From: Trichoplax adhaerens
Lineage: Eukaryota > Animalia > Placozoa
DNA: 64,000 nt
Reading direction: 5' to 3'
NCBI RefSeq assembly: GCF_000150275.1
Contig: NW_002060952.1
Coordinates: 1,974,260-2,038,259, forward strand
The position numbers and the translations under genes were made by a program. Shown here piece by piece: positions 26,008-40,339 of the stretch (positions are counted from its first letter, which is position 1; the number at the start of each line of letters is the position of its first letter). The notes below the pieces were generated by a model. The model was given only the letters and a program-made list of their open reading frames with translations. It was not told the DNA's origin and ran no database searches.

Positions 26008-26620
26008 ACTGTGGGTATCGCAAAGTATTTATTACGATCTGTTTTCGGCAGAACTGAATACTATTGCTTCTAACTGCTGTACATTAAATAACTCTTTACG
26101 ATATTGTATGTTATTCATATTAACTAGTTTGTTCTATATATTCATTTTAGATTATTGTAGTGCAAACTTGAGTCCACTTCGCTAAAAAGTTTCTTTGTGT
26201 TGTTTAATTGTTACGCTTGACGCAGTTTTTACTTTCAGTAATTGCCTTATTCGAGGCATTTTGCGTTTATTATTTGAACTTTTGCCTAAAAGTAAGAACT
26301 AATGTCGTGTTTGTCGTAGCAGCCCAGACTAGCTTTAAAATGTAAAATTTTGATTTAGGTTTAGCATAGTAACAGTATGAGGTTACATATCCTGCGTGAA
26401 TATTATATGTAGCGTCTATGACTACGCTAGCATTATAATTGTTGTTGAGTTGACGTCGCAAATCATCGATAATGAAGGTCTCTTGGCTACTTCAATATTT
26501 ACTGGGCACAATAGGGTAGATAATTTAATTTGTTACCATTATGTGCTATTAACTGCGATCATCTTCGAATTCAACAATACTATATATGCCTATGCCCTAT
26601 TTTAACATACGGCTCTACAG

Positions 26621-29600
26621 GATTTGAGTCCTATCACTGTAACAGATGTCAAAAATTCACAAGCAACACCATTCGTATGAAAAATAACAACGCTACTTTC
26701 GCCTTAACTTTATGTACCTTAAAGGAATAAGTAATATTTTGGCCCCGGCTTGTATGAATTAATAATATTTGCAGGTAATCTTAGTGTATTTATTAATTAA
26801 ACTGGTGATATTAATAATTTAACGCCTTAACTGTGTTCGTATTTATTGTAAACTTTTAACTGCTAAATTAAATAGTTTAATTTAAATTCCTGATTTTAAT
26901 CCATTAAATTTATAGCTACTTGTTCAGTTTAATTGATATATTGTTGACGCGCTGTATATCATGTACTATTGGATAAATATATTAACAGAGATTTTGATAG
27001 CAAATAAATAAAGAACTGGGCTTAAGTTTGAAAAGATTTCGATGATTCTCTGTCAAATTACAAGAACTTGATGTCATAGTAAAACTATATGGCTCAATTT
27101 AGAGAATTGTTCAATTCTTAAACCTTCTATTGTATACTGTTACATATCCGTACATTAAAGAGATTATCAAAATTTACATATTAATCATGAATAATGAAAT
27201 TACTAATTAATTATCGGTCGAAAAGAGTTAGCTTTCAACAATGTGCTTACAAGAGTTTATTAAGAAACTCGGTGCTCAATAGAACTCGTTTGCACTGATT
27301 ATCTAGGGAAAGCAATATCAATATTCTCTTTAAGTGTAATCAGTACTCTCTTAACAAAAACCTTCGTGGCGATATACACACTTGACAATCTATTAAATTC
27401 TGATTATGCATGAACAGTATCCATACAAAATGCGTGGAATCCAAAAGTTTTTACTAGACTTCACCAGGATAGAGACTACTGAAGGACAACTAATACAAAA
27501 GGGGGACATGAAGGTGCTACTCTGCGATCATAATTGATAAACCATTGCAAATATTACTTTTGCAATCATACTCAAACTAGGGGAGTGGAACTAGGCAGAA
27601 TTTCGTAGCACAAAGAAAATCTACAAATTCGTAAATAGTACTCAGGCACACAGTAACAGCAAACTTGTAACGAATATATAATACTGAACTATCTTTTAAA
27701 GATGCGTACTATAAGTATCTTATGCTTTACTATTACGGAAATTAGTCTAAATTTTTTTAGGAAAGCATAAACAATTACTCTAGAATAGCACTAATGACTA
27801 GAGGCTACCATATGTAACTATTTGTTCATAATTCAACCCTTACTCAGCCCAATAGCAGGTAAAAAAGTATTGCAAGAATGTAGATTATAACTATTTAATA
27901 TACAGGTCAATACTTGTTAACCTTACTTATGAAGTTCTTATAATTATAGTAGATGATTAATTACAGGGTGCTCGGTAAACAATATTGAACCACATTACAA
28001 TTGCAGTACAGTATGAACTTGTTATTTATCGAAAATTTTAGAAAATACTTAGGTACAGTATAAATCCGCGCTCGAATAATCTGATGGATAACTTAAAGCA
28101 CTGGATAAACGAGTACAAACGAGATTTTTTAATTCCGCCCTTTATGATAAGAAAATATATAATTACAATTGTAAGGTATTTCAAATTTTCATATTGTCAT
28201 AGAAAGATATCACAGCTGTTTATGGGCATGAATACTAAATTAATTAAGATTTGTATCACGAGACTGGCATTAATATCGGTACGAGCGTTGCTATAAACAT
28301 GAGGCCACCTAAGTATAAATATCCGAGATAAGTTATTAATCAGTATTATGTAATAAAATATACAGAAGTTCAAAGGTATTGAAATTCTAGCAATATGTTT
28401 CCAACTGTATTGATAAAGCGCGAATAAACTGTATGCTATTGACAAAAACGAAACTGTCAACATTATCCACCATTGTATATCACGTTGAAAGTATGATAAC
28501 AATTGCATTCTCATAGTATTGTTAAACTATCATCGATAGTGACCGATAATTTACAGCAATGAATTAACTAATTTGGAAAAATGTTTTTATTATTTATCGA
28601 CTAGTAGGATTTCTATTTTTTTCAATGATATGCAGCAAAGGTAGTAGTTAGGGTCATGATGGTAGACAGAATAATAAATTTTACTATTTTATATTCATGT
28701 ATATGAACGAAAAATGCTCTTTGCAGAATGTTAGTGGTACTTGTGTAAACCAAACTGAAAATCATTTTCAGACAAATAGTATTGATGAGATTTTCAGCCT
28801 TCGTTATAAAGTTATATATACTAGTGATCATATACAACTAATATCATTAATAGCTTATCCATATTACGTATAGTCAAGAGCCACAGCATAATCAGACATA
28901 CTGCAAGTTTATAATTGAAAGTCAATTGATTCGTAAAACAAAGCTCTCAATTTTATTTATTTTCTTTTCATGCTAAAGAAACTGAAAGAATTTTACAGTA
29001 ATATCAATTAAACAATTTCAAAATGAAAATTTCATTATACTAATCAATCTAAAGGAACTTTTAACCATTCAGTCGTATTATTTATATATGAAATATAGTA
29101 TATGCTCTAGAATGATATCAAATCCAGACAATGATATTGGATTAAAGGCTAAAGATCTATGTTAAAGAAAACTGCCTTTAGGCTTTCGCTTTCCTATTAA
29201 TTTGACTTTTCCCCAAATGAAAAGAGTATTATTCACTACCAAGTACTCTCTAATAATATATTTATCAGATATGCCATGGAATTAGCTTTTAGTGGGAAAT
29301 ATTGCATCAAGTTTATGTATCACAGCAGACTCACGCAATTGCTGTGGAAGAAAAAAGAATGAAATTCCAAGCTTTAACAACTGTCGTGCATAAATAATGG
29401 AATCAATATGTTCTTTTATCCTTATACATTCATTATTTACAGTAGTAGATAATATCGTTCTATTCTAACAATACAATTAAATCAAGTTTGAAGAGCTGTT
29501 TACTAAAAATTATCACTATACAACCAGGAAAAGCAAACTTAAGGTTAAAAATTGATAAAAAAGCTATAATAAATAAATCCAGTAGGTCCAATTTGGAAAT

Positions 29601-32600
29601 TTAATATAAATCTTGCAGTAAATGCTACTTACTGGACTGCGAATAATGTATTACAAAGTTAAATTCGGGAAATATTGTCAAAATTAATAAAAAAGAATAG
29701 ATTGGCATCTTATTTACGATCATATAGATTTTAATAATATTACAGTAATTTAAAATAAAAATCCTCCGCTTTCTATACAATTGATATTTCAATTCAGCGT
29801 GCAAAAACAATATTGTTTTTAACTGCATATTTGTTAAGCCAAGATATTCTCATCCTTAAATTCAGCAAACAGTAATGAAAGTAACTAATTTCTTCTTTCA
29901 ACGTGAAGTGGATTTCGATTATGAAATATAAAGTTAAGTTTAAAATTGAGAACCAAGAACAATATAACATATATATAGAACAATAATAAAAAAATATACT
30001 GGAATAAGTATACATTAGGTCAAGAAACAATGCTAATCTAAAATATTTTATGATCCCTAAATACCTGTTCCTATCATAAATAATCTATCAGCTAAAAAAA
30101 GTATGAGTGAAAATATTAATTATTCTTAATTTTTTCAATAATTTAATCAAATACTTCAATCACTTCCCTAAATTAGTTATAAAAACAGTGGAGTTGTGAA
30201 CTAGAGAAAAATTGAAATATTAAACTAAAGGTTTGCCGTCATTTATTAGGAAAGAATTTTCGGCGTGGTATTAAAATCATAAAATTCTTCTATAAGTTAT
30301 GTGCGAATTTTATCGAATACAGTTTGCCTGTAGACCAATGTAAATTAAGTTCCTATACCATCCTTATTCCAACCTATGCTAAATTACCTCCTATTACAAG
30401 AATTTATCGACGTTATTAGTTTATAATCAAGGTTATTTTACTGACGAGTAATGCGGAGTGTACAAATTCAAGTAACAAATTGTGTTTAGCCACTCATGTT
30501 TATTTGGAGACGATTATGCGAGAGTAGTAAATTGGATGATTCTGCTTTAATGAAATCTCTTTATACAACCTAACTCTAACCCTTTATACGATGATTATTT
30601 AAATTACACATGATGCTAAGGGCTAAATTCACTTTATCTCCTGTTATACAGAATAATTATGATACGTTATACTTATATACCTTTAATTGCTATCTAAACG
30701 TCAAATTTTCTTTTATCTCATATTGGATATATCTAAAATATTATCTATTCCTTAATATTACAATATTAAATCATCTCTAAACTTTAGATTTAATGATTGA
30801 GAACTTGTCAACTAGAACAGAACACCCTCCTACATTACAGTAACATGCAGCATTTGATTTTGAAAAAGGAAGGTTAGGGTAATTGCTTACTTGATTACTA
30901 TTAAGCAAGTCTCAGTAATTTTCATGCTGTTTAGAAATTGCTCATGTTCAGCACTAATTGTGATCCTTGTCCATCATTTCTTTCTATAACTGACTCATTT
31001 CGGGTAAGTATAAACCCTGGGTATGAGAATAATATAGAATTTAATTTTTAACGGTAAAAGTTAATCGCCAACTACTGCACGATATAATTATTGCTTTTTT
31101 AGGAAATTGTATCAGAATACGATAAGTTTATGAGCTCACATTATCTGGTTAAGAATAAGGATATTCAAAATGCACCTGCTTATCAAAATAAAAACAGGCT
31201 CTAGCAGAAAGATAATAAGACTGAAATGAAAGGCGATCAATTTCCATATAATCCCCTGTCTAAAGCTCAGTTTACGAAATCAATTTAGCAAATAAGATAA
31301 CGTAATCTACTTTGTAAAGAAAATTGTAAAACTAAATAGTCATTATGACTAGATAAAGTATCGAGTTGTTCAAATATGTTAGGGTAAGACAAGCTGTAAT
31401 GATTGAGTAGAATAGCTACTGTAAGATCGTAAGAATAACAGTCGATAAAATTATATTAAAACACTAGTGCTAATAACCTTATGGAGGCTGATCTAAACAT
31501 ATGGGTAGACAAGTTATAAATCATCGACAACTTTCGACTTAAGAATAATAAATAAGATTACAATAATAGTTTGGTAAGTTAGGCCTATAGCAAATACAAT
31601 CAGCAATGCGAAATTGTTGCCAAAGTACTATATCAATATTACCAGATGTATGAAAACTAAAGACAATCGAATATAAAATCTGTTACAAAATATTAACGTA
31701 GTATGAAAGTAAGCAGCATACTAACTACTTAGAATTAAACAGCACTTCGTTTAAAGAGGCACGATTAGTAGAATAATATAATAATTAGGTATAATATGAA
31801 GAAAACTGTAGCTATTTAAGATCAGTGAGTAATTAAGCTAATAATCTTGATGAAAATAATTCGATGTTTATAATTTCTTTCTATTAGTAATCATACAGAA
31901 AAATATTGATCTTAATGTTTACTCCATCTTTTAGAAATAAAGTCATGAAATTGTAACCTCATCAATTCTAAGACCATCACTCTAATATTTGTATTACTAT
32001 TCAGATGCAATCAATCCATTATCCATTAGCTCTGCTTTAAGAGTTATGTATGGTATTAATTTGTGGGAAATACTGGAATAGATGAGATTACAACTAAATC
32101 TTTTTCTGTATCTCAGCCTATTTTACAACAATTAAAATCAATTCTTTTCTTACAAAAGCAAGATTGCGATCTTTGACTTGATTATATAAGCTTTTCAATA
32201 TAATTCAATATGTTAATAAGAAAGAAATCCTGAGGATTAATAAATGTGATACAGGTAATAGTTTAATTTTCTTTGTATAATGCAAACAGTTATCGGATTC
32301 TGAGAAGCATGATATAATTTCAGCTTAAGCCAGCTATTCGTTCAGATTAAAATACGAGAATTAATTGCCTAAGGATGACGAAATGTTAAAATATCCTGAA
32401 AGATGCCGATTAAATAAAATTAAGTAGATACAATATGTGACGAACAACGCCTTCGCAAATTTAAAGCTTAAATTATGACTCTCAAGTGGACTTTAGCTTA
32501 CTCCTTCATAGCCTAACATGTGTACCAGTTGCACAATATGTAATATTCTATGTTATAGCGCTCAAAAATTAATCCTGTGTAAATTTTATGTCAAATAGAT

Positions 32601-35600
32601 ATTATAACGCGTGTTTACTAGGCAAGCATCAATAATTTGCTGGTGGCCACTGTCAATTATCAAGGAACGTATAAAAGTCTAGTCCACAATTTTAATTAAT
32701 TAGAAAGCAATAATGGATTAGCATATTCTTTATAAAATAATTTTTCTGTTTACTATTTTAGAGTAACAACTGCATAAGAGAATAATGATATTTATCGAAT
32801 TGTAAAGAATTTATTCCATCTGTACCACCGCTAATGAGTATAACTAATGTATTGCTGTACCACTATTGATGGCTATAAATGGCATGTTGCCTAGTAAGAA
32901 TAAATCTAATCGTTAATCTATTTTTACTTGACTTCATAGCTTAACGTTGAGTCATTACTTAAAAGGGCTTATGCATAAAAATAGATTAAAAATAATCTCC
33001 CGCTAGTATTTTATAGTTTTAAAATTGAAATAGCAGTAAGAGTAAAATTAATTAAGCTTCAAATCTACGACTAAAGTAAGCATATATATCGGAGGCGTAC
33101 ATTTTTGTCAACAATGCTTAAGATGTAAACTCTCAACGCATTAATTTAAAACTATTTCATCATCATTGCCATAAATTATGTAATCAATGTCAAGATTACA
33201 TGGATTTTACCTTATTTTTTTCATGATAAATAAACTAATTCGAATATACACATACTGTCAAATAAAATTACGTTTTATTTATCTGGCTAAATATATAAAA
33301 GTAAATATAATGAGTAATCTGGGTGGGTTAGGAATGTTTTAGTAATAGCTATTAGCAATATTAAACCGTGTTGTTCATATGTATTTATTACCTAACAAAG
33401 TCTCTTTGTTTTTCTTTAAATTTTTTAATATCATGTCGGAAAGTGTCATTAATTTTAAAGTAGTCCTGTCAGATTTCTTAACTAGGGAAAAAATAATTTT
33501 ACAGGCCAGCATTGGTGAATAATACATCAAAAGTTGTTAGCATTTAGTTCAATCTAAAGATGCAATATAGTATTAAAATCATGTTAAGGAGCTAACGTAT
33601 CAAAAATTGTTGCTGCTCACATCTATATGATTAAACTTAATGTACGTGGCAATGATATCCAGCTATAGTATGCATTTCAAAAGTATTAAACATGGCCATG
33701 TTATCCGATGCATATTTGAGAAATTACTCTAAATTAATTGCACAATAATATTATTTTCTTTATTTAATTCGAACTTAAATTAAACTAAGCAAGTAACCAT
33801 AAACAGAGAAATATCTATGCAAATATTGCATAAAAATAAGCTTTTGAAGAAATTATGATGAAATTTATGCCTGTAATTATGGAATTGAATGAAGATCACT
33901 AAGCCAATGCTTTTAAGTTTAGTTAGAAACGGCAACATATCAATAGTTTACATTAATACGAACATTATTATGAATATTATTCGAATGATCTAATTTGACA
34001 AATATTTCGTCAGATAGTAATCAATAGCATGCCATTAAGTAAATTTTAACGCCTACTTGAATTAATAGAAATAGCTATTCGTAAACCAAATAGCTAACAA
34101 TCAAGTCATGAAATATTCGCTTAGGTATGATTAGTTGATATAAAAAAATTTACTGAAAGTAGTATTGATCCATATAAATGGGGATTGGGATAGTTATTCC
34201 ACCCACTATTACTTTTCCTTGGCGCCATATTTTAATCAAGTAATCATTCAGGAAGGACTTTAACTATTCAATTGAACTACTGCTCAAGATAAAAAGTAGC
34301 CTACAGTTTCAGGGATATTATCGGCAGCTGTTTAATAAGATACTGAGTATGTCGGAAAAGTATGGCATTGAATTCATATAAGTCAATAAATAGGATAGTT
34401 ATAATTATACGAAATATTATGGTTTGTATAAAAATTTCATTTTAAATGATAGCTAACAGCTGTCTGACAATAAGTGCAACAGATTGCATAAGGCTGGTGA
34501 TTCATCTGAAATATGATAGCAGAAGTTATTAAATAACAATGCTCTTATATACCCCTTCAGTAAGCAACTTAATCTCAACGTTAAATTACTTCGATATTTC
34601 ATTTCGAATTTATTGCAGCGAGAACATATTATAAGTAGCTAATAGTGTATCTAGAATTAGATCATAACGGTAAGAGATAATATGCCCGCGCCGGCATCTA
34701 TTGAGTGAGTAGGCCAGTTTGCAAGGTTAGCAACGAATGATAAAGTGTAACTAAAGCTATCCAATAACAGCGCGTAGTTTGTACATATAATATGATGATA
34801 ACTATTTAGATTATTTAGTGTCTACACATGATGTACTATATTTATGAAAGTAATGGAAGACAGAGGACTATGAAATAAATTTAAATACATACGCGTACGT
34901 AATATTTTAAGATATAATTAGTTTTGAACAACTGCGGAATAATACTACTATTAGATGACTGTTGTTGACAAGATCTTGTTTCATATCCTCCTAAAATATT
35001 ACTCAACATCCATTAGTGCAATCATTGATTGTCAGACGATATAAATAAAAGCTAAATTTAGTAACTCCTAGTGCCATGCTTTGAAATTTACTTTCATACA
35101 AGGCTTAATAAATGATAATAAAATTTAAATATATACATAAGATAGCAGCCCATTCTAATACTGAAAGAAGTAGTTATGATCAGAACTACGGTATCCATCT
35201 TCTGCTCTCATACCAACTCAACACTCTTTCTTGTATAAGGAGTCATTAAATTTTTTAAATAGTTTGGAAGATATCAACTCACTGCAAAGCTCGATATAAC
35301 ACGAAAATTCAGTCATGATCTAATTAATCATTTTCTGATAGAAATTAATGTTGTAAAAATGAATAGGAAACACTAATGTGTGCCGTTAAGTCATAATATA
35401 AGTAAATAAATAGCGAAAGAATTTCAATATCACTAATACCTATTATATTAGAAATAATTCCTGATACTAAGCACAGCATTTATTATTCAAATACATCGTA
35501 CGTTAATAAAATAAATAGTACCAGCAAAATCTTCTTACCAGTCACTTAATTATACACTGAGGTTCTTTTCATGGATTAAAGCAAATTCCTCTGTTACCAC

Positions 35601-35625
35601 ACCATACTTTCATTCTGAAAATAAA
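26621..35625 (+). other. Putative chain of small coding exons of an unidentified gene
   Basis: AG..GT-bounded open segments with compatible phases: 26621-26674, 27458-27513, 27761-27813, 28053-28170, 28727-28810; also 30935-31003 + 31103-31147 and 35542-35625. No recognisable homology, and a full model could not be closed. Confidence 0.3.
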
Positions 35626-37376
35626 GTATGTATCTTAACCATAAAAGAGGCCGATATAAAGTAGAAAAATTATCCATTCCATAGCTTGCTTTATAGTATG
35701 CCGTCTTGCCTAATTGATTTCATTACAATGTCAAGCAGTTTTTAATTGAAAATTTTATCAGTGTGTAAAATCCATTAAGTAACCAAAGTTTTTCATTTAT
35801 CATAATCAGGCCTAATATGCTTAATTAGTCTAACGTGGTATCATACTGCTTAGATTAAGAGATTTTTAGGCAATCTTTAATTGCGGTAATAAAATTTACC
35901 TTTCTTGTTAAGATCTGCTAAATATTAGAAGGTTTATATTCACGGTGTTCCAGTCTTATGTATATCCTTGTATGTGCAATCATACATATTTAATTATATA
36001 GAAACAGAAACTCGTCACTTTTCATTGCGTGATGAATAAAGACTATACAGTGCAATCGATGTATGATATACATTCACTATCCTTAGTTTAAGCTGATAGC
36101 TCAGATTGATTTATAAAACAAAATATACAGAGTTCAGATAACAACATGACTTTAACGCTAAAGATTAATATATTTCAGTTAGTTATGAACACAACCCTAA
36201 TATTTATCAAGTAATTTAGATTATGAAAGCAGTTCTATTACAGATTACTCACAAAATAAGTAAAATTATGCAAGTAAACTTATATGTGCAACATCAATTA
36301 AAACTTTTACTAACACAATTACGACTACATACTTAATTTATACTTTGCTATGTGTATTCAGGTATGATACTAAAATTAATACTATTCACAATTGTCACGT
36401 TCTGTAATAGTTACATAATTAGTATGTTACCTTCTTTCTATATATGGTTAAATATCACGATGTTATCACGTCAGGCGTATATAGATGTAGTTATGGTACT
36501 ATATTAAGGTTATCTATATATGTATTCTCATGTTGCCATACTTGGCATGATAGTCTATTTGTAATGACTAAACTAGGGAAACCTTTCTGTTAGTGATGAT
36601 CTTGTGATCTACGTCAGTAGATCAAAGGTCACAATAAAGAAAGTATATAAACTCTTCATTTTAACAATAAAGTTAGTTCTTCAACTTAATTACTGGGTCT
36701 CCTTGCTGAGTTGCAGATCTAGTACTTGTTACAAAATTTGGAAGTTGTAACAACAATACTCTAAGGAAAACTAGTATTTCTTGTAATTTAATTATATTAT
36801 TTGATAACTTAATGTATCAAATTAACATGCGAGTTCATTTTGATCACAAAATTACGATCCAAAAGTTATCTTTGATCATTGATTTATAGGGATTAAATTT
36901 TAATCTTTATTGTCATTTCTTTGTCTCATTGCAATTATTCATGGTGCCTTAATAAATTAAGAGAAGTAACATTGATCAGTCATTGCTATAAAAATATTTG
37001 GGTAGAAAAGGGTAATAATCACTCGAAAGGTTTGTTGTAGTGGGGTAGACGATCGGTAATTTTTTTGGATAGCATGTAAAATGATGATCATGATATCTAG
37101 ACGACCATAAAAATAGCCGTAAATAAAACAGCATTATTAATTTAACAGTTGTAATTGACGGCCAATAATTGGCTTACAATGATAACAGTAAAGATAAATC
37201 ATGAAATACACTACTCGTTCTTAAACAAGCAAACTTCACCCACACTTTGGAATAGAACATACAAAAATATCATGTAGATAAGCAAGAAATGCATGTCCAT
37301 TTTTTCATAATTGGCTTAAAAATATGCAAATGTGGGAGCAATACATTATCTCCACATGGTTATCATGTACGTGCTA

Positions 37377-40339
37377 TTACAACTTGGCCCGGATATCAGC
37401 ATGAAGAGGCTTCAATTCCCTCAGCTTAGCCAACAAGTAAGATTTGCCTTTTGCAACAAAATGGCCTCGGAAAAATTCCTGTAATATATTATAGATAAGG
37501 TAATAATGTGATCAGTTTGTTTCAATTTCTATTCCTAACTCTATTCATCTTTAATCGTAGTAGGGTTAATGTAACGGAAAAGAGTTAATGGTAGTGTTGT
37601 AACCATTTATATGCAAACATTGGTTAAGTATTAGCGTTATAAATGATGATGTATTAAGTAAGATTATCCTCAATCATAGAGCAGCGACTAATAAATACTA
37701 CTGCTATGAGATCATTTGTAACGGAAATATAATACAATCATACTGAGAGTAGATTTTGCCTGTTTTAATATATTAGCAATGAATAGATATTAGTAATGCA
37801 GTATCTTCTTAGTAATTAAGGTAAAAATGCGAATATACTTGTAATTAACAAAACATATCTATAAATAGCATAAATCTAGTAACCAAGGCAAATAACAGAT
37901 TATTGCAGACAGTAACAGTAAGTGGAAAGGATGAAGATATATTGCAAACTAGGTATTCTTAGAATCTGGTTCAATGTCGCATGGCAATACTAATGTTTAC
38001 TTTAATAATGCCTCGTAATATTTATTACTGAAGGTAGATGAAATTTCATATTTCATTTAAAACTGAAAAACAGAACCATATAAGGGAATCACTATGACGA
38101 CAATATTAATGTAGCTGTGTTACTATTATGAAAAGCCAATATTGAAATTTCCTTTTAGTATCAATCATAATTGTATTGGTTCTCTATCGTTTCAAAAGTA
38201 TTTAGTATCATAGTAAGATCAAAAAGTCATATCAACGCTATATTTAAGGTGCAATAGAAATCAATCAAAACTAGGCTAGGAATTCATAACAATAAATCAA
38301 ATTACTTAAATTACATCCATCTATCAACTAACCACAGGTGGGTTTTGTAGTCCAGTCATTATGTTCTCAAAGTTATCGTCCGAGCCGAAAAACATTAAAT
38401 CGCAGGGTTCTAATTTAAGTAATCAAAAGTTTGATATTTAGCATTATATCACTGTAATTTTAAATTTGCGGATACAAAGCGAATAATTTACTATTACCAG
38501 CACAGAAATTTCAGCCCGACATATAACGGAAACCATTAAATTTTTTAATAAAATACAGACATGAAAGCTCAATCGCGAAAATTTCGGGCACTCAAAATGA
38601 GTTTGTGATAAACTTATTCCTCGATAATATAAGTTAATAATAAAGATATACGTATATCTTACATGAGACATATAATAATTTAATATTAGTGATTTCATTA
38701 CCATTGCCTAAAGCTAGATCATACTATCTTAATTAAGACTACATTCCAGTCTTTTACGATACAGTAAATGCAATTTAAAATATATCCGTACAGAAATTTT
38801 CTATTGCTACAGTAATTTCCGTGGAATACATAGTAAATACTATCTTGGCTTAGAGTGACAGAAAAATTTCTATTCTGGGGCTGTTAATAACGGCTAAAAG
38901 GTATCTTGTATCTGACTAACACCGTATTAAAAGGTAATTTTATGCGGTAAAGTATTACAATAATCTTTTTACGTTCGCACTAAATTAGAAAAGTTTTTAA
39001 TTTGAATACGATTATAGAAATCTCTATCGCTAAGATGATCTATTTTAGAATATATTTAGAAAACGTCCTAATTAAGGTATTTATTGGAAATCTCTGATAC
39101 TAGACTGATCTATGTACAATCAACATCACTGGATGTTAGCTCCAATTTTCAGAATATTTCCTATTTCGGGATACTACTAACGGCTTAAATATGTATGCTG
39201 ATTATTTATTTTTGAAAGGGTATTTCGTAAGTAGATTAACCTGATTTATCAGTTTGTCGAACAGTTCCTGATCCATTTTTCAAATCCAAAACCCAAAAAG
39301 CATATTGAGATTGTGCGGTTGGACGATTATAGACACCGTGATTGAAGACTTTAAATAGAAATACGGCCTGGACCTTACTAACAATTGCTTCACCGTGTGT
39401 CTAATAACGAATGATTCAATGGATATGATCAGTTTCTTGATAGACAAAGTATTACTAATAAGTTTACTGAACTTTTACTGTATTCATTCCTTTTTAATTT
39501 AAATTTAAATCTATTATTTATTCCATCAATCAATAGCTAATAAATTTCTGATCATAACGCTGTCTATTTTCAAGTTACTGCTAAATTCTTCGATAGATAT
39601 CGGAATAAGCTTATCAACAAACAAACGCAGATGTTAACCAGGATACTATACTTTCGTTACACGTCTACTTTAAAACTTATACAACAGCACTAATTAAAGT
39701 ATTTAAGTTAATTTACGACAAAAGCCTGAGTAGAAGCTCACTAGCTATACAGCTTTACATTCAATAGTGTAAACCGGATTTAATTCCAGGATACAGCAAC
39801 TATCATTTTCAGTTGTATTTAAAACAGAAACCTCTACAGTTCCTATTAAGATACAAGCAGTACCACATTTTACTTTTAAATGTGGCCATTTTATCGAAAT
39901 ATTACAATAATCAGGCAAGATTAATAGAATATATACGCTTAAGAGATAATGTGGCAAGCTGTTTGAGCTAACTAATCCGTTTAATACCTTTATGTCATAT
40001 ATATTAGTGCAATAATTACAGCAATTTTATCTTATTGTAGAACAGCTAAAAATATATAAATTGACTCGGTAATAATAATTACAATTAGGATGTATATGTG
40101 ATTCACTTCCTAGTTAAGCTCTACTGCTAATCTTAAAGCAAAAAATCTTCTACTCTCTAAATTTGTGCACTTATACTATCAGTAATATAGAAACGTTATA
40201 CTGTGATCAATTGGGTTGGAGCAGCTTTCAAATGGATACTGACCGGTAATAGTCTTGCTAATTCTTCGAAAATAACCTTAGCTTTGGTACCCTCGCCCTT
40301 GAAAGTAGGCACTTCAACATCATTAGCCATTTCACCCAT
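37377..40339 (-). CDS. Stand-alone SCP2 (sterol carrier protein 2) domain protein, module B, ~144 aa, C-terminal PTS1 (AKL)
   Basis: Exons 40339(acceptor at 40369)-40244 MGEMANDVEVPTFKGEGTKAKVIFEELARLLP; 39400-39241 THGEAIVSKVQAVFLFKV...FWVLDLKNGSGTVRQTDKS; 38409-38333 EPCDLMFFGSDDNFENIMTGLQNPPV; 37478-37377 EFFRGHFVAKGKSYLLAKLRELKPLHADIRAKL*. Intron phases 0,1,0 match the SCP2 domain of SCPx. Not captured by the ORF track. Confidence 0.85.
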
